Assembly (NCBI GenBank): GCA_043228905.1
Contig: JBHGNT010000002.1
Span: 16,368,001-16,432,000, forward strand
Direction of reading: 5' to 3'
DNA: 64,000 nucleotides
From: Azolla caroliniana
Lineage: Eukaryota; Plantae; Polypodiophyta
The translations under genes were made by a program, and so were the position numbers. Each line of letters starts with the position of its first letter. Position 1 is the stretch's first letter. Positions 54,092 to 64,000 of this stretch are shown piece by piece. The notes under the pieces were generated by a model that was not told the DNA's origin, made no database searches, and worked only from the letters and a program-made list of their open reading frames with translations.

Positions 54092-57000
54092 AGGGGAGAC
54101 GGTCGTTGCCTCTGTTGTAACCGCCGCCTGTGGCGAAGATAGAAAGCTCGAGGTTGTTGCCTCGGTGCTTTACTGTTGTACACTGTAACATAGTGATAGT
54201 TTGCAGCCTGTGGGCTGTCGTGGTTTTTTCCCTAGTTTAGGTTTTCCACGTAAACATCCTGTGTACTCTTCTCTTCACTGTGTCGTGCATTCATTCTTGT
54301 TTTTTATGTATGATTCTAAGCTCGGTTGTGGCCGAGCGTTGCGCATAGGGGACGTATAGTTCCCTTCAAGTGGTATCAGAGCGTAACGACACAGAAAATG
54401 GACGATTCGTTGGGAGGTATGTTCAAGCTCACCGGCTCCAACTATTCAGTGTTGAAGTCGAAGATGAGGGACATGCTCGTGGTTAAAGATCTTTGGTTGC
54501 CGGTTCAGTTCGGGGACAAGAGACCAGACAAGATCGACGCCGCGATATGGGAGGTGATGCACATGAAGACAACGGCGTACATACGGTGCTTCATCGACAT
54601 GAGCCTGTACAACAACTTCAATGAAGAGAGCAAGGCTCATGAGCTCTGGGAGAAGATCGGCATTATGTTTCAAAACAAAAATGTTGTTAATCAGGTTTCG
54701 GTATTCCAGAAGCTAGTAAGACTCTGGTACCAAGATGGCTCCAGCATGGCAGAGCACATGAATGCCTTCTAGGGGTTGATCCACCAGGCAACATCATTGA
54801 AGGTACCTCTTTCCGATGAGGTACTAGCACTACTCCTGCTCGGTTCCCTCCTAGATAGCTGGGAGACGTTGGTTGTCACCTTGGGCAACGCCGGGCCAGA
54901 AGGGAAACGGTTATCCCTAGCAAGAGTGAAGTCGAGCTTGCTAGATGAGGAGGCGCGTCGAAAAGATAAGGATACGAGCTCTGACTCCAACGCGCTCCTC
55001 ACCGAATCGGAACGCGGAAGACATAGAAACCGTAGTCCTCAAAACCGGGAAAAGTCGGGGACACGGTCAAAGTCAAGGGGGAGGCCTACTTGCTTCTATT
55101 GCGGCAAGCCGGGACACTTCCAGAAGAACTGTCGGCATTTCCGTAAAGACAAGGAAACCGACGGTACCGATTCGAAGCAAACACCGGACCGAAACGGTAA
55201 AGATTGGAGGGGGACGGACCGGAAGGGAACAACGGCAATCGCGGCAAGTGAAGAAGAGTTGATGCTCATCACCGAGGAAAGTGAGCTAAACCTTGCCAGC
55301 GACAAGATGACCTGGGTGGTAGACTCCGAAGCGTCGTTCCACCTTACCCCGGACCGGAAATGCTTCTCATCCTACTCAGCCGTTGATCACGGCTGTGTCC
55401 GGATGGGGAATGAAGGTACATGCCGAATTGTCGGCATAGGAGACGTATGGCTGTCAACACCAACCGGATGCAAGATGTTGCTGAAGGATGTTCGACACGT
55501 TACGGAGGTTCGTCTGAACCTGATTTCAGCCGGTCGGCTAGATGATGAAGGCTACACGGGTAGCATCCGGAACGGTGTCATGAAGTTCAGCAAAGGGAGC
55601 CTGATTGTGGCTCAGGCCCGGAAGGTAAACACATTGTACCTGATGAATGCTCGGTTATATCCGAAGGAAGTGAACGTGGAATCCGACACTGCCGGTGAGC
55701 TGTGGCACAAGAGACTGTGCCACATGAGCGAGAAGGGGATGAAGAGGCTTGCAGGCGACAACCTCATTCTAGTGAAGAACGTGCACTTGGTGAAGTGCAC
55801 TGATTGTCTGGCTGGTAAACAAAACCGGACCTCCTTCCGATCGAGGCCACCGATGAGACGTAATGCACCACTGGAGTTGGTGCATACTGATGTGTGTCAA
55901 GTGGACACGAAGTCACATGCAGGATCGCAGTACTTCGTGACGTTCATAGATGACCACAGCCGGAAGCTATGGGCCACACCGTTGAAGACGAAGGATCAGG
56001 TGCTATCCGTCTTCAAGGAGCTCCACGCGAGAGTGGAAAGAGAAACCGGTCGGAAGCTGAAGGCGGTTCGAGCAGATAACGGAGGTGAATACTGGGGGCA
56101 GTTCGAGGAGTACTGTCGCTCGAAGGGAATCCGGCTCGAATTTACCGTGCCGAAGACGCCGGAACTAAACAGGTTGGCTGAGAGGATGAACCAGACCATA
56201 ATGGAGAGGGTCCGGAGTATGCTGGCGCATGCAAAACTACCCAAGAAGTTTTGGGCTGAGGCACTGTCGACGGCGACATATGTGATAAACAAATCACCCT
56301 CAGTACCCTTGGACGGAGACACGCCACAGAGAGTCTGGACCGGTAAGGAAGTGTCCTACCGGCATCTGAAGGTATTCGGGTGTCTCGCGTACGTGCATGT
56401 AGCTAAGGACCGAAGAGGAAAATTAGATCCAAAGACCCGGCCATGCATATTCCTCGGTTACGGCGACGATGAGTTCGGCTACCGAGTGTGGGACCTGGTC
56501 GACAATAAGGTATTCCGGAGTCGACATATTATCTTCATGGAGGACAAGACGCTCGCCGACTGGGAGTCGGAGAAGAAGATAATGAACTCCGAGTCGACCA
56601 GTAAGGATCGAATCTACGATGAGCAGACCCAACCGGCAAGAAACCGGTTAGCACTCGAGGAACCAGCCGATCACGGTGAGGATACCGAACCGGCAAAAGA
56701 AGAAGTAGAGGAAGCTGAAACCGGAACCGGCCAAGACCCCGAATCGGATTCGGATGAAGAGCAAATGGAGGAGCCGGTTACCGAAGCCCAGAGACAAAGA
56801 TATCCTCTCAGAGAGAGAAGGGCCCCCCGGAGATTTCCGGATGTAGAGCATGTTTTGCTGACCGATGAGGGGGAGTCGGAAAGCTTCGAAGAAGCGAAGG
56901 ACGACACCCGCAGCCGCAAATGGTTAAGTGCCATGCAGGATGAGATGGATTCCCTGCATGAGAACCATACGTATGAATTGGTGGAGTTGCCGAAAGGAAA

Positions 57001-59176
57001 GCGGGCACTCCGAAATAAGTGGGTGTACAAGTTGAAACCGGGAGATGTTGGCAACCCCCCGAGATACAAAGCGAGGATCATGGTGAAGGGGTTCCAGCAG
57101 AAGAAGGGCGTGGACTTTGACGAGATATTTTCCCCGGTAGTAAAGATGACCTCCATCCGGACGGTGCTGAGTATAGCGGCAAGCATGGACCTCGAGGTAG
57201 AGTAGCTGGACGTGAAGACGGCATTTCTTCACGGTGACCTCGAAGAGGAGATCTACATGCAGCAATCGGAAGGATTCGTGGAGAAAGGGAAGGAGCACCT
57301 GGTTTGCCGGTTGAAGCAGGCCCCCCGGCAATGGTACCAGAAGTTCGACTCCTTCATGACCGATCAAGGGTACCACAAGACGCAGGCCGATCACTACGTG
57401 TTTGTGAAGAAGTTCGAAGGAGGCGACTTCATGATACTCCTTCTGTACGTGGATGACATGTTGATCGTCGGATGGGACTAAGTCAAAATACGAATGCTGA
57501 AGAAGGCTCTCAACTGGACCTTCTCAATGAAAGACTTGGGTTCGGCAAGATAGATGTTGGGGATACATATTATCCGGAACCGGTCAGTGAAGCAATTATG
57601 GTTGTCACAAGAGAAGTACGTGACAAAGGTGCTTCACCGGTTCAACATGTCAGATGCGAAACCGGTCGGATCGACACTTCCGGCAAATTGCAGGTTATCC
57701 GGTAAGCAAAGCCCGAAGACGAAAGCAGAGAAGGCTGATATGATGAAGGTTCCATATGCCTCTGCCATCGGGAGCTTAATGTATCCAATGGTGTGTACCC
57801 AACCAGATATAGGCTACACAGTCGGAGTGGTGAGCCGGTTTATGAGCAATCCCGGCAAGGAGCACTAGAACGCGGTCAAATGGATACTCCGGTACTTGAA
57901 GGGCACTTCAAACATGTGTCTCCGATTCGGCTCCGGAAAACCTCAACTTGACGGTTTCACCGATTCAGACATGTCGGCTGATGTGGATACCAGCCGGTCT
58001 ACATCCGAGTATGTAATGACATATGCAGGGGGAGCTGTATCGTGGCAATCGAGGCTGCAGAAGACGGTTGCATTGTCAACCACGGAGGCGGAGTACATGG
58101 CGGCTGTGGAAGCCGGCAAGGAAATATTATGGATAAAGTATTTCATCGGAGAGCTCGGTATCCGACAAGATGAATACCGGCTCTATTGCGACAGTTAAAG
58201 TGCCATCCACCTTGCTAAGAATGCGGCCTACCATTCCCGGACGAAGCATATCCAGCGAAGGTATCATTGGATCCGGGAAAGAGTAGATGACCAGGAGTTC
58301 GCGCTGACGAAGATCCACACAGCCGAGAACAGGTCAGATATGTTGACCAAAGTGTTGATACCCAACAAGCTGGATGCATGCCGGAAGCGGATCGGACTAG
58401 TAAGACACCCCATGCCGGAGTGAAGGGGGAGTTTGTTGGGAGACAGATCCCTCCGAATGGGAAGGGAGAAGAACAGTGTTGATGAGCAAACTCGGTCGAG
58501 GCCGAAACCGGATGACGAGTACCTGGCTACAGAGAGTCGGATGGTGTAGACCCGGTGAGAACCGGATGAGGAGTACCCGGCTACGGAGAGCCGGATGGTG
58601 CAGACCCGGTGAGAACCGGATGAGGAGTACCCGGCTATGGAGAGCCGGATGGTGCAGACCCGGTGAGAACCGGATGAGGAGTACTCGGCTACGGAGAGCC
58701 GGATGTTGCAGACCCGGTGCTCACCGGATGAAGAGACATATTCGTAAATATGTTTCTGAGAGTCTATCGTGGCTATATTTGTAAATAGCCGAAAAGTGAT
58801 ATTAGTATAAATATGACTTAGGGCAAACTTTTATAGAGAGTTGTTGTTATTCTTGTTTGCGCGAGATCAGAGCGCGTAACTATGTACAGAGAGAGAGAGA
58901 GAGGAAGAGATCGTTGCCTCTGTTGTAACCGCCGCATGTGGCGAAGATAGAAAGCTCAAGGTTGTTGCCTCGGTGCTTTACTGTTATACATTGTAACATA
59001 GTGATAGTTTGCAGCCTGTGGGCTGCCGTGGTTTTTTCCCTAGTTTGGGTTTTCCACGTAAACATCCTGTGTACTCTTCTCTTCACTGTGTCGTGCATTC
59101 ATTCCTGTTTTTTGTGTATGATTCTAAGCTCGGTTGTGGCCAAGCGTTGCGCATAGGGGACGTATAGTTCCCGTCA
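54092..59176 (+). mobile_element. Ty1/copia element A3, degenerate; 5' LTR truncated (ends 54368), 3' LTR 58434-59176 with 54-bp tandem repeats
   Basis: PBS 54371-54382; gag-pol 54398-58423 with several stops; pol highly similar to A1; PPT GAAGGGGGAG. Confidence 0.92.
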
Positions 59177-59424
59177 TGGGCCACATCCACATCGAAACCC
59201 TTTGACCTCCTGCTTCTCTTCGACAGACTTGGATGGAAATGAAATTAGGCCTAGTATAACATCATTTTCATTGTAGAACATGTTTGTTATTTTATTTTAC
59301 TAGAACTATTTAGCTTAAAACTCTATTTTTATTTTTATTTTTTACTTTCAATGAATGGGTAAATATCCCATTTTTTGTTGTAAACCATTTGTCTCATGGG
59401 CCAATTTTGGTCTTAGAAGACGTT

Positions 59425-59487
<63 letters not shown>

Positions 59488-61377
59488 GACTAAATAGGGA
59501 TGATGTAATTTTGTAGAGGTGACTTTTGTGGCATACCTTTAAGGCTAATCCAATATTGAACGTAGTTGTCATGAATCATTAGAAATTTAGATTGTTTGTG
59601 CATTCATGCATTGATATTGGTGGTTTCCAAAGATAATTGGCTATATATTAAATTGATTTTCTATTTCCTTATGCTACATATGACTTTCATTTCATAACTA
59701 AGCAAACAAAATGCACTAGAAGTTCGAACTTCTTTCAACATTAGACTCCCTATGTCATAGTTCCGCATTTGCGTGCACTGAATGAACAAGGAAAACATAA
59801 AACACAATGTCCTCATAAAGAGAAAATTTAACACGTTGGTAGATTGAGGGAAGCGTAAGTACTAGTTAGGGAAGGTTACTTGTGTGTCAATATTAAATGA
59901 GCGCCAACATTGGAACACAGTATTGAAGCTATCTAGCATCATCGCCAATGAAAATCTCACTAGCATACGTGTGCAATTTGAGAAACAACAATAAGAGTAA
60001 GAGTTATCATCGATAAGTTTTTCATATTTTCTGCCTTTAAAATCATGAAAATCAAACTAAACGTGAAAAAAAATGTATTGATACAATTATTTCATCCTAT
60101 TGTGTGGCTCATGAAAGTAGATTCATGCACTTTTAACAAGTGATTGGAGAGCTCTATATGTATTAATAAAAACCAAGATTATGTGTCTTTAATATGTTTG
60201 CTATGTAAATACGAATTTACCCTAAATCTATGTCTAGGCCACATACATATAGATTGGCCAATCATATGGTTGGAAAACAAGCTAATGAGCCTCTTTGGCT
60301 CAATTCACTCCAAAACGTTACATGCATGCTCATAAGGAGTAATTTTTCCAACATATATGTGTTCCATTTACGAAGCACCCCTTAAAATAAAAGCATTTGG
60401 TTCATTTCAAGTAGCAAGGTAGCTCAACATTGACCTCAAAGGACTTAATGTATGTATGGAATAAATAGTACAAAAAATGCATTTGATTCATGCTTGCCCT
60501 ACAACGATTGTATGAACATCATAAAGCAATAACAGTTTACACCTTCGCAAAACCCCACCAAGAGACAAAGCGACAATTTTTCTTAAACAAATGATAAAAA
60601 GTTGCAAAAAAGAGAAAGGGAAGGAAGTTTGTGATGACAAGTTAGCTACAATTGTCGCCCTTTCACTTGAAGTCGTACAAGTTCCATAATGCATATGAGA
60701 ATTGTGACTCATACATAAGCTAACAAAATCAATATCAATTGCAAAAGAACGTGTACAGTGTGAAAAGTTACTTTCCAACTGGGTTCTAAGTGGAAAGTTA
60801 TATTTCGCCACCATTGCATTTCCCACAAACCGACAAAAAATAGTGTGTTGCTTCTTGTCTCTCATTAAAATTTACACTAGTTTCCTCCATTCTCATTGCA
60901 AACGATTAGTCAAAACCAACCAAAAAAAGCATGTCTCTTCGGCATGTAAGGTTTTGCTCCCTACATAATTGAAAAAAAACAAAGTATGCTTCTTTGCTCC
61001 ACCTAACATGACACACCTTTTGACATTCAGCGTGTTTTTCTTTTATGTAGTGTAAATCAAGTTAAAACCACATAATGATTCTAAATCTGAAACTTAAGGA
61101 GTATATGATGTACTAAGGTAAGATGGTCTTGTTTGCACAAAGAAGTTTTAATGTGTTTTAACGTGTCATTTTAATTCTTTCTTATGATGTTTTTTTTTAA
61201 TTATGTGCTTAACTTTAATTTCATGTAGTTAGGAGCCCAAGTTGGATCAATCAGAAATATATAGGTCATTTTGAAAATAAGTGCATGAACATTTTTTACT
61301 TTGTAATGCATTAAGCATATTTTGACATGTTTCTCTAATATGTGATACCGGAGTATGTTTGCATGTATAGATCCTAG

Positions 61378-61417
<40 letters not shown>

Positions 61418-61599
61418 ATATAAGCATATTTTGGCAAGTTTCTCTATTATTATATACCAAGTATGTTTGCATGTATAGATCCTAGTTGTGTATATGCCTA
61501 TACAACATAAACCTTGCAATGTGCTTACACACATGGACATACACTTCCGATAATATGGTTACATTATATAAATAGTAGACATATGATAAAATATTGAGT

Positions 61600-63900
61600 A
61601 TACACGGAATGAAAATCAACATGTTCAAAAAGTTTGAGAGTGCACAATTGTTTCATGAAGAAACCTTCTATGAACCTTATATTTTGAATTAATGTTTGAA
61701 GAATTTGTCATTTTCATTATGGGTGTTAGTGATTATAGTAACAACTAACAATAATGGGGCATATAAATCCACCTAGTTGTGCTTTTATCAATTATGTGAG
61801 GAAAACATGGGTTCATGTTGTTATAAGGAGATCCAAATAAGAGTATAACCAAGAGTCAATCTCACAAATTACTTTTGACAATAGAGGGAAAATGTGCACA
61901 ATGTTGATGCTTCATTATAACAATGCATAATCATAATCGACCATGACAATAAATACAATGATAGTCAAGGTTGTCGAGATTGATGTTTCTTAAAGAAAGG
62001 AAATACTCAAATTGTTGTCATGATGCATGCATAACTCATTAAATGGAATCTAGAGACAAACCGTGTTTAACGCGTTGTTGGTTTTGTGTGATGTTGATAT
62101 GTTGAGCCTCACATTTTATTTTATTCATGATAAGATTAAGACTCGGCTTTTGTCATGGTTGCATAATTGAGGTTGTTGCTCTTCTTGGTTCCTTTCTAAG
62201 GAACATTTATATGGAAGTCTTAAATAGTTGTTACCTTCTAGATTTGACTCTCAACTTTTTGAACGCAAGATCATACAAATGTTTTGTGCACAAAAAAGAG
62301 TGCATTTTTCTATCGTTGTCATGTGGAAAAAACTCTATCGTCCCCCTACATTCCAAATTAAGCAGAAAAAATGATGGAAAATGCAAGATGCACTTACGTT
62401 ATCATTGGTCATCTTTCATGCTACAATAAAGATAGTACCTCAAATTGCAAAGTGATGAAATGGAATAATACCACCATGGGATCAAAGGCAATTGTATTTT
62501 TCAGCACACAATATCTAGGGATCCATGCAATGCAATTATAGCTAAATGATCTACTAATTCTACTAGAAGGCTCGAAATAGAAAATGAAAGTCGTAACTAT
62601 TGTGTTCGATAGAAATGCCAAAACACAATAATGAACACCTTAATAAAACGTGTATGCTTTATGGAGCGATTGCACAAGTCATTAAAATGTCAACACACTA
62701 GCATGCTTGCAAAATATTGAATGTTTCTTTTAGATAACACCAAACTCTCAACTATGATATAGAGCACAAGCTTTACCAACACAATATCATGCTTATATAT
62801 TACTTGAGTGCTGCTTTTAGATAACGTCAAATTCTCGAGTGCGATGTATGAAAGCAATGCTTCCACATTGTGCTCAGGCATGTAAGGTTGTGTTTTCTTT
62901 AACATATGCCTTTGAATAAGCAAAAAGACCAAGTTTGAATTCTAGTGCTTTCTTTACATGCAATTAAATCAATAGATCGAATACACTTGGTATTTCAAGA
63001 CAAAATGTTTCTTACAACGATCATTCCATACGTACTAAGAAATTGCTACAATAAATAATGAAGTTTCCTCTTCCAAACTAGGTGTGCATTAACACGTGAT
63101 ATTCTTCAACCAATTATCAAGTTGTTATTAGGGTTTAGGAAAAAAAAAACTTATTAATTGGCATAGCATGCAATAAGACTTAGAAAACACTCGAATATAC
63201 ACTAAATATATACTAATTTCACATATCAACAATATATTTTTGTCAAATTTTGCCCCCTTCATAAATATTTCCAACTCAAATGTTCAATACTTGGATTGAC
63301 TTGAAATTTTATTGAGTAGAGTCTCTTTTCTCACGAACACTACATTAGATTCTTGCCTTTGTAAAGAAAAGAAAATAACTATTCTGGTTTTGTAAAGAAA
63401 CTCATCGAGTAGTCATTAAAGTGAAACTATCAAACAATTTGAGGAACATATTGATCGAGGAAAAGAGATTCATAATCTATTATGGCCAACCATTAATATT
63501 GTTCATGTCATTAAGGGATAAGAAGGGTACACCATTATATTGGAGTCAAAATTCAAACTGTTTATTAAGAACAAGAGCTTGAGTAAATTTTTAGAGGTAC
63601 AATCGACCAAGGTAAAAAGAGACAAAGTCTGCCCTTACTTTGTTTGTACTGGGGAATGTTTCTTAAAAAGTGGTCCCTTTATTGAAGTGATTTGAAAAGG
63701 GTAAGAAAATAATGCATTTCCATTTGCCTCGGCACAATAAATAGTTAAAGGATGATCTTTCAATCACGTGGTTAACTTATGAGAAGTTATACAAACTCTA
63801 GTTCATCAAGGTTTCTTGATCGAATCTTGCTAGAATATAAATTTTATTGATTTCAACCATGAACCAAGCAAGCATATAAAGTTGTATGTTGGCTCAAAGG
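61600..63900 (+). mobile_element. Possible highly decayed hAT-like transposase remnant
   Basis: Only fragmentary motifs around 61930-62000 (NRP..INTM..MFLK) resembling the hAT N-terminal catalytic region; no ORF or TIR found. Confidence 0.2.
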
Positions 63901-64000
63901 TGGTTTTCAATATATTAGAAAACAAAATGAATACCACTTTGCAATATACGCAAATTACAATCCTCCACTTTGCAATATACGCAATTTACAATCCTTATGT

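Noticed and set aside
59500-64000. Protein-coding genes from short ORFs
   Set aside because: AT-rich, with no motifs or consistent exon structure; the only clear structures are (TG)n at ~61379-61414 and a ~31-bp tandem duplication at ~63934-63995.

Overview
Eukaryotic, land-plant-like genomic DNA; probably a non-seed plant, but the taxon cannot be fixed from this window. Positions 1-3658 hold the 3' eight exons of an intron-containing GSNOR (class III ADH) gene. Positions ~5.5-59.5 kb are a deeply nested transposon pile: L1/Tx1-like and RTE-like LINEs stacked in (GA)n/(TC)n microsatellites, a tRNA-derived SINE-like repeat, two Ty1/copia lineages (five elements plus one solo LTR), two Mutator-type MITEs, and a ~700-bp TG..CA element found twice at ACGT targets. 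A ~7.8-kb inversion (~23005-30778) scrambles the middle. Undoing it reveals the main finding: a ~9-kb DNA transposon with ~35-bp TIRs and a 4-bp AAAA TSD. It encodes a Sola-like DDD/E transposase and, divergently, an intron-containing gene fusing a ParB/Srx-like domain to a prokaryotic-type beta-class (N6-adenine/N4-cytosine) DNA methyltransferase. An array of 35-bp palindromes lies between the two genes. This copy is pseudogenised. The last ~4.5 kb is AT-rich with at most faint hAT-like remnants. All domain calls are by eye from motifs and need HMM or structure confirmation.
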